Below are positions 45,536-55,073 of a stretch of 64,000 nucleotides of DNA, piece by piece (positions within the stretch are counted from its first letter, which is position 1; the number at the start of each line of letters is the position of its first letter). The stretch covers positions 22,990-86,989 of the forward strand of contig JBDTOO010000005.1 in the NCBI GenBank assembly GCA_039933215.1, read 5' to 3'. The translations under genes were made by a program, and so were the position numbers. Source of the stretch: Acidobacteriota bacterium (GTDB lineage: Bacteria; Acidobacteriota; Thermoanaerobaculia; UBA5066; Gp7-AA6). The notes below the pieces were generated by a model. That model worked only from the letters and a program-made list of their open reading frames with translations, did not search any database and had not been told where the DNA came from.

Positions 45536-46549
45536 ATGTCATCTCCCGGCCGGCGCCCGCTCGCGCTTCTCCTGGGCGTCCTCGCCGCGGGAGCTCTTTC
45601 GTGCGCAACGGGCGGCGGCTCGAAGCCCGCCGGCGGGAGCACCGACAACCCACCCGCTGAGGCCGCCGGAAAGGAGCGCACGGTCGCGCAGCTTGCAGCC
45701 TCCCTGAAGGACCCGGACTTGAACGTGCGGCTCGCCGCGGTCGAGGAGCTCGGCCATCGCGCCGCGACCTCCGACGACGCCGTGGCCGCGGTCGTCGGAG
45801 CGTTCTCCGACGAGGCTCCGCTCGTGCGCCGGTTCGCGGCGGGAGGGCTCGCGGGCATTCCGGCTCCCTCGACCAGGACCGTCCTGGCTCTCGCGCGGCT
45901 CCTGAAGGATCCCGAGAACGAGCCCCGCGAGAGCGCGGCGCGGACTCTCGCGGCTCTCGCCCCGCATTCCCCGGCCGATGCCGTGGCGGAGCTCGCCGCG
46001 GCGCTCGCCGCCGCCGGCGCGGATTCTCAGGAGACCGTCCGGTCCTACGCCCTGGCGGCGCTCGGCGGCCTCGGTGCCCGCGGCGCGGGCTTCCCCGCCG
46101 TCAAGGCCGCGCTCGAGCGGGGCCTCGCCGATCCGAACGAGGAGGTTCGCGGCGCGGCCGCGGCGGCCGCGGGCGAAATCGGGTTGGCGGCCCCGTGGAC
46201 CATCGGACTGCTGACCAGGGCGCTGGCGGATCCGGTCCACGACGTCCGCAAGCAGGCGGTCATCGCGCTCGAGAAGATCGGCCCTCCCGCGGCGCCGGCG
46301 ACGAAAGCCATCGCGCGTCTCCTGCGCGGCGAACAGATCTACCTGAGAGTCTACGCCGCCGACGCCCTGACCTCCATCGGCCCGGGGGCCCGCGCCGCGC
46401 TGCCGGACCTCAAGGCGATGGTGAAGCGGGGCTGGAAGAGCCTTGAAGACTCGAAGGAAATGGAAGCGAAGGACCTCCCCGAGGCCGTCGCGCGCGCCAT
46501 CCGGTCGATCGAGGCGAAAGGCCCCGCGAAGGACAACAAGAAATCCTGA
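45536..46549 (+). CDS. HEAT-repeat (PBS-lyase-type) lipoprotein
   Basis: Lipobox LAAGALSC. Repeated units V(R)xxAxxALGxIG. Confidence 0.7.
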   Translation: MSSPGRRPLALLLGVLAAGALSCATGGGSKPAGGSTDNPPAEAAGKERTVAQLAASLKDPDLNVRLAAVEELGHRAATSDDAVAAVVGAFSDEAPLVRRFAAGGLAGIPAPSTRTVLALARLLKDPENEPRESAARTLAALAPHSPADAVAELAAALAAAGADSQETVRSYALAALGGLGARGAGFPAVKAALERGLADPNEEVRGAAAAAAGEIGLAAPWTIGLLTRALADPVHDVRKQAVIALEKIGPPAAPATKAIARLLRGEQIYLRVYAADALTSIGPGARAALPDLKAMVKRGWKSLEDSKEMEAKDLPEAVARAIRSIEAKGPAKDNKKS

Positions 46550-46578
46550 CGCGCCTCCCCGGCGCTCGGTTCAGAAGC

Positions 46579-47193
46579 TCAGCAGTTCTCGTACTTCCAG
46601 TTCCGCCTCTTCCCTTCCGCCAGCCATTCGAGCGCCGTTTCGAGGCGCTTCTGCCGGGTCTCCGGCCGCCTGGCCTCCGTGATCCACTCGACGTACTCGT
46701 TGCGGTGGCTCGGAGCAAACGCCTGGAAGGTCTTCGCGGCCGGCTTGTTCTTCTTCAGCCCCGCCGCGAGGTCCGGCGGGACCGGGGCCGGCGTGGCGGG
46801 CTGTCGCGCCCTGGGCGGGCGCGCGGGAACGTCCGACTCGGTCAACGCGGTCGCCTTTCGGATGTAGCCGGACATTTTCGCGTCCGACGGCAGGTCGCCG
46901 AGGCCGGTCAGGCGCCCGAAGCTGCCCATCGCGGATTCGGCTTCCTCACCGCCGGCGCGGAGCACTTCGACCATGCCGCCGTGCCAGAAGCCGAACGTGC
47001 AGTGCTCCTTGAAGGCGGCCATCCCGCAGAGGATCTTGCCGCGATGGATGAAGGACGGCATGCCCCACTTCAACGTCTCTTCGACTTCGGGAGAAGCCTT
47101 GTGCACGAGCTCGCGCAGGCGGCGCAGGATCGGTTTCGCGAAGGGCGCCGATTTCGCGATGTATGCGTCGACCCGGGGATCGGTGTTCTTCAT
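46579..47193 (-). CDS. DUF1801 (YdhG-like) + YdeI/OmdA-like two-domain protein
   Basis: DAYIAKSAPFAKPILRRLRELVHKASPEVEETLKWGMPSF matches DUF1801. C-terminal region NEYVEWITEARRPETRQKRLE is YdeI-like. Strong RBS GGAGGAGG. Confidence 0.75.
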   Translation of the reverse strand: MKNTDPRVDAYIAKSAPFAKPILRRLRELVHKASPEVEETLKWGMPSFIHRGKILCGMAAFKEHCTFGFWHGGMVEVLRAGGEEAESAMGSFGRLTGLGDLPSDAKMSGYIRKATALTESDVPARPPRARQPATPAPVPPDLAAGLKKNKPAAKTFQAFAPSHRNEYVEWITEARRPETRQKRLETALEWLAEGKRRNWKYENC

Positions 47194-47252
47194 GCGTCCT
47201 CCTCCGTGTGCACTCATTTCCCGGCCGGCAGGCTGCTAGAGTGACACCTCAT

Positions 47253-48563
47253 ATGCCAGCCGAAATCGGCGCGGGAAGCAACCCGTCCCGGGTGGTCATC
47301 CTCGGCATCGAGCACCCGCGCGGCGTGGCGGCGATCCAGTCCCTGGGGCGAGCGGGTCTCCGGGTCGTCGGCGTGGATCACGACCCGACCGCGCTCGGCT
47401 TTCACTCGCGGTACCTGAAGGCGAAGTATCGGGTCGAGAAGGACCCGCAAGAGACGCTGAGTTTCCTCGATGAGCTCGGCCGCGACGGCGGCGGGATGCT
47501 CATGGCGACCAACGACGACTATCTGATGCTGGTGGCGAAAAACCACGAGCGCCTCTCCCGGAGCTTCGTCCTGACCACGCCGCCCTGGGAGACGCTCGAG
47601 CCGCTCATGGACGTCAGCCGGTGCTATCGGATGGCGCAGGAGATCGGTATCCGCACCCCGAACTTCTACAAAGCGCAAACGGAAGCGGAGCTGCGGACCA
47701 TCGTCCAGAACCTTGACCTCGAGCGGCACGAGTTCATCCTGAAGACCACGGCGGGCACCGCTCCGGCCGACGCCCGGACCGGCCGGTACACGCGCGTCGC
47801 CCCGGAAGACCGGGAGGGGATCGAGAAGGTCTGCCTGGAGATCTTCGCGCGGGCGGGGGAGTTCCCCACGATCATGCAGGTGGTCCCCGGCACCGCGGAC
47901 CGCTGCGTGGGGGTCTGCATGGCGGTCGGCCCCGATCACGAGTCCCGCGCCGTCTATTCGGTCCGGCGGTTGAAGCTCCACACGTATTCGAAGGGCGGGA
48001 AGTTCGTCCATCCCTACGAGATGGGCGCCAACGTCTTCTGCGAGAGCCGCCACGACGAAGAAGCGATCGACGCGGCGACGCGGTTTGTCCGTCACGCCGG
48101 GTATTACGGGCCGATGGCGCTCGAGTTCCGGCGCGACCCGACCGACGAGAGCCTCGTGCTCATCAAGGCGGACGTGCGCTTCGTCCGCGCGACGAACCTC
48201 TCGACGGCGATCGGACGGGATCTGCCGACGGCGGTGCACGACGCGTTTTCCGGGCGTCCCGCTCCGCCGCCGCGCCCCTACCCGGACGGGGTCGCCTGGG
48301 TCTGGCTCTCCGCGTACATCGAGACGCTCTGGAACAAGCGGTCCGATCGCAGCCTCCGGCGCGAGCTCTTCGCGCTGTGGAAGAACCTGCGCCTCATCCG
48401 GGCCGCGGCGTTTCTCGACCGCCGCGACCTGCGCCCGTTTCTCGTGAGTCTCCGCCGATGCGGCCGCGACTGGTTTCGCTGGCGCGTGTCCGGCCTGAAA
48501 CAGCGTTTCGGCGCCGGCAAGCCGTCCGTCGGTCCGGGCGAAGGGGAGCGAGCCCCCGGATGA
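47253..48563 (+). CDS. ATP-grasp superfamily protein (predicted carboxylate-amine ligase)
   Basis: N-terminal pre-ATP-grasp region RVVILGIEHPRGVAAIQSLGRAGLRVVGVDH. Central ATP-grasp fold. Confidence 0.65.
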   Translation: MPAEIGAGSNPSRVVILGIEHPRGVAAIQSLGRAGLRVVGVDHDPTALGFHSRYLKAKYRVEKDPQETLSFLDELGRDGGGMLMATNDDYLMLVAKNHERLSRSFVLTTPPWETLEPLMDVSRCYRMAQEIGIRTPNFYKAQTEAELRTIVQNLDLERHEFILKTTAGTAPADARTGRYTRVAPEDREGIEKVCLEIFARAGEFPTIMQVVPGTADRCVGVCMAVGPDHESRAVYSVRRLKLHTYSKGGKFVHPYEMGANVFCESRHDEEAIDAATRFVRHAGYYGPMALEFRRDPTDESLVLIKADVRFVRATNLSTAIGRDLPTAVHDAFSGRPAPPPRPYPDGVAWVWLSAYIETLWNKRSDRSLRRELFALWKNLRLIRAAAFLDRRDLRPFLVSLRRCGRDWFRWRVSGLKQRFGAGKPSVGPGEGERAPG

Positions 48564-48624
48564 GAGCTCGTCTTCGGGGGACTCCGCCATCGCGCTGCGG
48601 GAGCCCGAGCGGAGGGGAGGCGGC

Positions 48625-49743
48625 GTGAGATTCGAGACCATCGCGGTCCATGCGGGCGGCGAGCCCGATCCCGACACCGGCGCCATCGCCCCTCCGATCC
48701 ACCTGTCGACGACCTTCGAGCACGGTCCGGCCGGGCAGACGCCGCACGGCTACATGTACATCCGCGAGAGCAACCCGACGCAGACCCGTCTGGAAGACGC
48801 GCTCGCCGCCATCGAGGGGGGCGAGGCCGCGCTCGTGTTCGCGTCCGGGCTCGCCGCCGGTGCGGCGTACCTGCAGGCGTTCCCCGAGGGGACGCACGTC
48901 GTTCTGCACCAGGACATCTATTACGACTTCCGGACGATCGCGAAGGAGTACTTCCCCCGCTGGGGGATGGAGGCGACGATCGTCGACATGACGGACCTCG
49001 ACAAGGTGCGCGGCGCCATTCGGCCGGAGACGCGGCTCATCTGGACGGAGACGCCGACGAACCCCCTGATCGGCCTCGTCGACATTCCCGCCGTGGCCGC
49101 GATCGCCAGGGACGCCGGCGCCCGCCTCATCGTGGACGGGACGTTCGCGTCGCCCGTCCTCCAGCGGCCGCTCGATCTGGGCGCGGACGCCGTCGTGCAC
49201 TCGACGACGAAGTACCTCGGCGGGCACAGCGACGTGCAGGGCGGCGCCCTCGTCTTCCGCCGCCGCGACGATCTCGTCGCCCGGGTCCTGCACACCCGCC
49301 ACGTGCTCGGCGCCGTGGCCTCCCCGTTCAACTCGTGGCTGGTGCTCCGCGGCCTGCGCTCCCTCGCCTGCCGCGTCGAGCGCCACTCTTCGAACGCGCT
49401 CGCCGTGGCGCGCGCCCTCGAGGCCCACCCGGGTGTCGAGGCGGTCCATTACCCGGGGCTGTCGTCCCATCCCGGCCACGAGATCGCGCGGCGCCAGATG
49501 AAGGCCTTCGGCGGCATGCTCTCGCTCCGGATCGCGGGCGGCCGCGAGCGAGCGATCGAGGTGGCGTCCCGCGTGAATCTGTTCTTGAACGCCACCAGCC
49601 TCGGCGGCACGGAGAGCACGATCGAGCATCGCGCTTCCTCCGAGGGGCCGGCTTCGACCGTTCCGCAGAACCTGCTCCGGGTGTCCGTGGGTCTCGAGCA
49701 CCCGGACGACCTGATCGAGGACCTCGTGCAGGCGCTCGGCTAG
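48625..49743 (+). CDS. Cys/Met-metabolism PLP-dependent enzyme (cystathionine gamma-synthase/beta-lyase family)
   Basis: GTG start. ETIAVHAGGEPDPDTGAIAPPIHLSTTF and HSTTKYLGGHSD (PLP-lysine region). Confidence 0.85.
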   Translation: MRFETIAVHAGGEPDPDTGAIAPPIHLSTTFEHGPAGQTPHGYMYIRESNPTQTRLEDALAAIEGGEAALVFASGLAAGAAYLQAFPEGTHVVLHQDIYYDFRTIAKEYFPRWGMEATIVDMTDLDKVRGAIRPETRLIWTETPTNPLIGLVDIPAVAAIARDAGARLIVDGTFASPVLQRPLDLGADAVVHSTTKYLGGHSDVQGGALVFRRRDDLVARVLHTRHVLGAVASPFNSWLVLRGLRSLACRVERHSSNALAVARALEAHPGVEAVHYPGLSSHPGHEIARRQMKAFGGMLSLRIAGGRERAIEVASRVNLFLNATSLGGTESTIEHRASSEGPASTVPQNLLRVSVGLEHPDDLIEDLVQALG

Positions 49744-49790
49744 AGGGTCTCCCCGGTGCTGTATCCTGCCGCCGGCGTCAGGAGGGCACC

Positions 49791-50069
49791 ATGCACTTTT
49801 CCCTTCCGGGTCTCCTCGTGCTCCTGGTCGTGGCGGCGATCTGCGGCGCCATCGGGCGGGCGATCGGCGGCGGGACGTCGGGCGGATTCATCGTCTCGAT
49901 CGTCATCGGGTTCGTCGGCGCGCTTCTCGGAAGCTGGCTTGCGACGAAGATGCACCTGCCCGAGCCGTTCGTGATCACGATCGACCGCCATCCGTTTCCG
50001 ATCCTCTGGTCGATCATCGGCGCCGCGCTCTTCGTCGCCATCGTGCACCTGATATCCGGGAGAGACTAG
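49791..50069 (+). CDS. GlsB/YeaQ/YmgE family stress-response membrane protein
   Basis: GGAGGG RBS. About 92 aa with three TM segments and conserved G-rich region IGRAIGGGTSGGFIVSIVIGFVGALLGSWL. Confidence 0.8.
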   Translation: MHFSLPGLLVLLVVAAICGAIGRAIGGGTSGGFIVSIVIGFVGALLGSWLATKMHLPEPFVITIDRHPFPILWSIIGAALFVAIVHLISGRD

Positions 50070-50070
50070 A

Positions 50071-50170
50071 CGTCGCCTCCCGGGTCGCGCTGCGGCGCGA
50101 CCCGGGAGGCTCCCGCATCGCGAACCTCCTCCGCGCGGAATCGCGCGGAGACTATTCGCGATGCGAGCGG
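50071..50170 (+). repeat. 15-bp perfect stem-loop followed by partial family-1 repeat core (copy C)
   Basis: CCTCCCGGGTCGCGC-TGCG-GCGCGACCCGGGAGG, then CTCCCGCATCGCGAACCTCCTCCGCGCGGAATCGCGCGGAGACTATTCGCGATGCGA. Confidence 0.75.
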
Positions 50171-50201
50171 ATGTTACGGATCGGCGGAAGTTGAGAGGTC
50201 G

Positions 50202-50229
50202 CCTCTCCTCTCTCCTCTTTCCTCTTCTC
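50202..50229. repeat. Polypyrimidine/polypurine low-complexity tract abutting the stop of the minus-strand amidohydrolase gene
   Basis: CCTCTCCTCTCTCCTCTTTCCTCTTCTC. The reverse complement resembles the GAGGAAAGAGG tract at 35449-35487. Confidence 0.6.
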
Positions 50230-52281
50230 TCAACGGCGAGGCGCTGCCTCCTGGACCGTCGGCATCGCCGTCACGAACGGCGCGATGCCGAGCTCCCGGT
50301 CGAGGGCGGCGGGCGACACGACCTTGCCCTGCGTGATCACCAGGGCCACCTTCCGGATGTCCCCGATCGTCGTCGTCGGGTCGCCGTCGAAGAGCACGAG
50401 GTCGGCGAGCTTGCCCGATGTGATCGAGCCGCGGTCGGCGAGCGTCCGGGTGTATTTCGCGCCGTTCCACGTCGCCACCTGAAGAGCCTGCGCGGGCGTC
50501 AGCCCGGCCTGGACGTACAGCTCGAGCTCCCGCTGCAGGGTGAACCCCGGCAGCTCGTCGGTCCCCGCGACGATCGGGATCCCCGCCCGGTACAACCGGC
50601 CGACGAACTCGATCAGCTTCGCGTACGACTTCTCGTAGCGCGCGGCCGTCGCCGCGTCCGGGATCTTCATCTGGCCGACGCGGCGGGAGCGCTGCACGTC
50701 GATCGGCAGGTGGTCGAACACGGCGGCGTAGGCCTGCGGTATCTCTCCGTCGCGCTGGCGCAGGAAGTCGAAGGTCGTGAGGGTCGGGTCGATGACCGTC
50801 GGCTCCTTTTTCAGGAGCGCGATGAAGTCCTGGACCGGCTTCGAGTCGAAGTCGAGGCCCGCGGTCTTCTCCGCAACCAGGTAGAAGCGCTCGAGCGTGC
50901 GCGTGTCGGTCGTCGGAGTGACGAAGAAGTTCAGCATCACCTGGTTGATGTGCTGGATCTCGTCAAATCCCTGCTCGACCACCTCGCTCGCGCGCATGAA
51001 CGCCGGCACGTGCCCGCTGACCCGCATGCCTCGGCTGTGCGCGTAGGCGACCGTGTCGCGCACGAGCTCCTTTGGAAACGAGTTGTAGATCTTCATCTGC
51101 GGGTAGCCGCGCTCGGCGTACCAGTCGACGGCGTCCTTCGCGCCCTGCAGGTCCTTGACGACGAAGCCACCGCGGGAGGCGAAGGGACTCTCGCCCTCGA
51201 GGTACCCCGCCGGGACGATGTGCGGGAAGAGCAGCTTCCCCGAGGCCCGGTCGTCGATCATCTGCTGCAGCGTCGGATTGTCGCTGCCCATGTCGCGGAT
51301 CGTGGTTACGCCGGCGGCGAGGTCGAGGCCGCCCGACCAGCGGTCGACGTGCGAATGCATGTCGAAGAGGCCGGGAAGCATCACGCGTCCCCCGGCGTCG
51401 ATCTCGTTGTCCGCTCCGCGGACCGGGGATCCGGCCGGGAGGATCGCCGTAATGCGGCCGCGCAGCACGTAGACGTCGGAGGGGGCGCCCAGCCGCGCGT
51501 TCTCGCTGTCGAAGACTCGGGCGTTGCGGATCACCGTCAGGCCGGGAAGCGGCTTCATGAGCCGCGAAGCCATGTCCGCGAGGAGCGCGGCCTCGGCCTG
51601 TTTCTGCCGCGTCTCGAGCGTGCCGCGAGTGTCCTCCCATCCTTCCTCGATGCCGGCGGCGAAGCCGGGCGCGATGGATGCGAAGAGCCTCGGCTTCTCG
51701 CCCGTCGTCGCCCAGTAGAACGACGGCGTCAGCCCCTGGCCGGATTGCGCGACGAGCTGCACGCGCTGGCTCCTGCCGCCCTGCGAGACCTCGACTTCGT
51801 CCAGCCTGCGCTGCGTGAGGGTGCCGGACGGGAGGAGGGGCAGCTTGCCGTCCGGCCGCGCCGCGATCGCGGCGATCGAGACCGAGGCGACGTCGCCCGA
51901 GCCGTTCAGCGGCACGTACATGGCCGGCCCGGAGACGCGACGCTCGCCCTTCTCCGAGGAGGAGCTCCAGACGGCCCGATCGCCCGTTTTCGCGAAGTGT
52001 TCGTCCACCGGGTTGCCGTACGTGGACGTGCCCTTCACGCGGTATTCGGCGTAGGTGCCGTCGGGCGCGAGGCGGTATTCCTCGTCGAGCTCCGGCCCGC
52101 GGCCGTTGTCCTTGAAGATGAAATGGACGCGGACGCGGCCGCCCGATTCGTAGGTCGTGACCTGTTCGCCGGCCTTCGACCCGTCGGCCGTGTAGATGAC
52201 GTATCGGATCCGTTCCGCCGCCTGCGCGGAGGCCGCGGCGGCGAGCGCGCCAAGAAGCGCCAGGGCCCGTGCGATTCGCAT
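50230..52281 (-). CDS. Metal-dependent amidohydrolase family protein, secreted
   Basis: Signal peptide. MLPGLFDMHSHVD is the HxH metal-binding motif. ...VAGTDELPG... Confidence 0.8.
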   Translation of the reverse strand: MRIARALALLGALAAAASAQAAERIRYVIYTADGSKAGEQVTTYESGGRVRVHFIFKDNGRGPELDEEYRLAPDGTYAEYRVKGTSTYGNPVDEHFAKTGDRAVWSSSSEKGERRVSGPAMYVPLNGSGDVASVSIAAIAARPDGKLPLLPSGTLTQRRLDEVEVSQGGRSQRVQLVAQSGQGLTPSFYWATTGEKPRLFASIAPGFAAGIEEGWEDTRGTLETRQKQAEAALLADMASRLMKPLPGLTVIRNARVFDSENARLGAPSDVYVLRGRITAILPAGSPVRGADNEIDAGGRVMLPGLFDMHSHVDRWSGGLDLAAGVTTIRDMGSDNPTLQQMIDDRASGKLLFPHIVPAGYLEGESPFASRGGFVVKDLQGAKDAVDWYAERGYPQMKIYNSFPKELVRDTVAYAHSRGMRVSGHVPAFMRASEVVEQGFDEIQHINQVMLNFFVTPTTDTRTLERFYLVAEKTAGLDFDSKPVQDFIALLKKEPTVIDPTLTTFDFLRQRDGEIPQAYAAVFDHLPIDVQRSRRVGQMKIPDAATAARYEKSYAKLIEFVGRLYRAGIPIVAGTDELPGFTLQRELELYVQAGLTPAQALQVATWNGAKYTRTLADRGSITSGKLADLVLFDGDPTTTIGDIRKVALVITQGKVVSPAALDRELGIAPFVTAMPTVQEAAPRR

Positions 52282-52370
52282 CGTTTCCCCCTATCCTCGT
52301 ATGAGGAAGATGATACGTGCGGCGCGCGCGCGGGTTTAGAGAGGCGCGGCCGCGGCGGAGGGAACGAGCG

Positions 52371-52790
52371 ATGCTCCACGTGACGCCGGCGATCGTCGTT
52401 CGCGAGGACGAGCTCGACGAACGGTTCGTCCGCGCATCGGGGCCCGGAGGTCAAAACGTCAACAAGGTCGCGACGGCGGTCGAGCTTCGCTTCGACGTGG
52501 CCGCTTCTTCGCTGCCCGCCGACGTCCAAGCCCGGCTCGCCGCGCTCGCCGGCAAGCGAATGACGGCCGAGGGCCTCCTCGTCATCGACAGCCGCGAGCA
52601 CCGGACGCAGGCGCGAAACCGGGCGGAAGCCCGGGCGCGGCTGGTCGATCTCCTGCGCCGCGCCGCCGTGAAGCCCCGGACGCGGCGGAAGACGAAGCCC
52701 TCGAAAGCGGCCCGGGAGCGCCGTCTGACGGCCAAAGTCCAGAGGGGGCACGTCAAATCGGGCCGCGGACGGGTGCGAACCGAGGACTGA
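52371..52790 (+). CDS. arfB: Alternative ribosome-rescue factor ArfB (peptidyl-tRNA hydrolase, YaeJ-like)
   Basis: GPGGQNVNKV is the GGQ motif. Basic C-terminal tail. About 139 aa. Confidence 0.85.
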   Translation: MLHVTPAIVVREDELDERFVRASGPGGQNVNKVATAVELRFDVAASSLPADVQARLAALAGKRMTAEGLLVIDSREHRTQARNRAEARARLVDLLRRAAVKPRTRRKTKPSKAARERRLTAKVQRGHVKSGRGRVRTED

Positions 52791-52870
52791 GGCTTCGCCG
52801 CCGGAGCGGATTTGCGGCTCCGCACGCCGCCGCCCGGCATATGGTGGCGCAAACAGGAGGCTCGACTTCT

Positions 52871-54847
52871 ATGCCGACACCGATTTTCTTCCGGAGGTCC
52901 GTCCGCGCGGCCGCGCTCTTCGTGGCGCTCGCCGTCCCCGGCCGACTGCCCGCCGAGCTGCCGCCCGTGATCTCCCGCGACGTCCTCTTCGGCAACCCCG
53001 AGAAGGCGCAGCCCCGGCTCTCGCCGGACGGCCAGCGCCTGGCGTGGGTCGCGCCCGACAAGAAGAACGTCCTGCAGGTCTGGGTCAAGACCGTGGGCAA
53101 GGACGACGACAAGATGATCACGGCCGACAAGAAGCGCGGCATCCGGCAGTACTTCTGGGCGCAGGACAACAAGACTCTCCTCTACATCCAGGACAACGAC
53201 GGCGACGAGAACTTCCACGTCTTCGGCGTCGACCTCGCGTCGAACAACGTTCGCGACTACACGCCCTACCAGGGCGTGCGGGCGGGCGTCGCGGACATCA
53301 GCCAGGACTTCCCGAACGAAGTCCTGCTCCAGATGAACCTGCGCAACCGGCAGCTGATGGACGTGCACCGCTTGAACCTCGCGACCGGCGCGCTGACGCT
53401 CGACACCGAGAATCCGGGCGACGTGGCCGGCTGGGGCGCCGACTCCCGGTTCCAGGTTCGCGCGGCCGAGGTGAACACGCCGGACGGCGGCACGGAGATC
53501 CGCGTCCGCGACGACGCGAAGTCCCCGTGGAAATCCCTGCTCAAGGTCGGCCCGGACGAGATCGTCGGGTTCGAGGACTTCGCCCAGGACGGCAAGTCGG
53601 CGTACCTCATGTCGTCCGTCGGCACCGACACGGCCCGTCTCGTCCAGCGGGACCTGGCGACCGGCTCCGAGAAGGTCCTGGCGGCCTCGCCCGAGGTGGA
53701 CGCCGGCGCGGTCCTGATCCAGCCGAAGTCCCACGTGGTCCAGGCCGTTTCCTTCGAGCCCGGCCGCTCCACGTGGAAGGTCCTCGACCCTTCCGTGCAG
53801 GGAGACTTCGATGGGATCCGCAAGTTGAACACGGGCGACTTCAGCGTCGTCAACCGCACGGCAGCCGACGACGCCTGGCTCGTCGCCTTCACGTCGGACC
53901 GGGGGCCCGTCTCCTGGTACAAGTGGGATCGCACGGCGAAGAAGGGCACGCTCCTCTTCACCGCGCAGCCGAAGCTCGAAGGCCTTCCCCTCGCCGAGAT
54001 GAAGCCGGTCGTGATCCCGGCGCGCGACGGGTTGAAATTGAATTCCTACCTGACGCTTCCGGTCGGCGTCGCGCCGAAGGCGCTTCCTCTCATCCTGTTC
54101 GTCCACGGCGGTCCCTGGGGCCGGGACACGTGGGGATACAACGGCACGACGCAGTGGCTGGCGAATCGCGGCTACGCGGTCCTTCAGGTGAACTTTCGCT
54201 CGTCCACCGGCTACGGCAAGAAGTTCCTGAACGCCGGAAACCGCCAGTGGGGGCTCAAGATGCAGGACGACGTCGTCGACGCGGCGAAGTGGGCGGTCCA
54301 CCAGGGGGTCGCGGACCCGAAGAGGATCGCTGTGTACGGCGGCTCCTACGGCGGCTACGTCGCGCTCGAAGCGGCGACGCGCAACACGGACGTCTTCGCC
54401 TGCAACGTCGACATCGTCGGGCCCTCGAACATCAAGACGCTGATCGCGTCGATTCCTCCCTACTGGAAGCCGATCCGCGCGAAGTTCGATTCGCGCATGG
54501 GCAACGTCGACGATCCCAAGGACGCCGATCTCATCAAAAACGCCTCGCCGCTCTTCCAGGCGGACAAGATCACCCGGCCGCTGCTGATCGGCCAGGGAGC
54601 CAACGACCCGCGCGTCAACGTGAAGGAGTCCGAGCAGATCGTCGACGCCATCGAGAAGAACAAGGGCAACGTGACCTACGTGCTGTACTCGGACGAGGGC
54701 CACGGGTTCGCGCGCCCCGAGAACCGGATCGACTTCAACGCCCGCGCGGAAAAGTTCCTCGGAAGCTGTCTCGGCGGCCGCTTCGAGCCGATGGAGGGGG
54801 AGAAGATCCCCGGCTCGACCGCGGTGGTGAAGGTCGTCGGCAAGTAG
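52871..54847 (+). CDS. S9 family serine peptidase (dipeptidyl aminopeptidase / acylaminoacyl-peptidase type), secreted
   Basis: Signal peptide. N-terminal propeller. Catalytic GGSYGG and C-terminal ...DEGHGF. Confidence 0.85.
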   Translation: MPTPIFFRRSVRAAALFVALAVPGRLPAELPPVISRDVLFGNPEKAQPRLSPDGQRLAWVAPDKKNVLQVWVKTVGKDDDKMITADKKRGIRQYFWAQDNKTLLYIQDNDGDENFHVFGVDLASNNVRDYTPYQGVRAGVADISQDFPNEVLLQMNLRNRQLMDVHRLNLATGALTLDTENPGDVAGWGADSRFQVRAAEVNTPDGGTEIRVRDDAKSPWKSLLKVGPDEIVGFEDFAQDGKSAYLMSSVGTDTARLVQRDLATGSEKVLAASPEVDAGAVLIQPKSHVVQAVSFEPGRSTWKVLDPSVQGDFDGIRKLNTGDFSVVNRTAADDAWLVAFTSDRGPVSWYKWDRTAKKGTLLFTAQPKLEGLPLAEMKPVVIPARDGLKLNSYLTLPVGVAPKALPLILFVHGGPWGRDTWGYNGTTQWLANRGYAVLQVNFRSSTGYGKKFLNAGNRQWGLKMQDDVVDAAKWAVHQGVADPKRIAVYGGSYGGYVALEAATRNTDVFACNVDIVGPSNIKTLIASIPPYWKPIRAKFDSRMGNVDDPKDADLIKNASPLFQADKITRPLLIGQGANDPRVNVKESEQIVDAIEKNKGNVTYVLYSDEGHGFARPENRIDFNARAEKFLGSCLGGRFEPMEGEKIPGSTAVVKVVGK

Positions 54848-54989
54848 GCCGTCCCGCTTACACGTTCGCCCTCTCTCCGCCGGGGGAGAGGGCGATTTTC
54901 TTTTCGCGGGATCCTTCCGACCTCTCGAGCGCGGCCGACACCTCCGCCTTCTGAGCGGCGCCGACCACGTCCGGTTGCTCTCAACGGGC

Positions 54990-55045
54990 AGACTCCGAAG
55001 GAGGTGTCCTGGATCGGCTGGAACGCGTCCCCGTGTATTGGTGTG
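54990..55045 (-). pseudogene. Degenerate remnant of the conserved C-terminal-domain coding sequence (no complete ORF)
   Basis: GTGTCCTGGATCGGCTGGAACGCGTCCCC resembles the motif GTGTCCTGGATGGGTTGGAACGGCGTGCC found at the 3' ends of all CTD genes. Translation ...DAFQPIQDTSFGVCPL. Confidence 0.35.
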
Positions 55046-55073
55046 TGTCCTCCTGCGGACAACACGGACGCGT

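Noticed and set aside
50161-52383. 740-aa plus-strand ORF opposite the amidohydrolase gene
   Set aside because: Antisense artefact. The minus-strand product has a clear HxH amidohydrolase signature and signal peptide.
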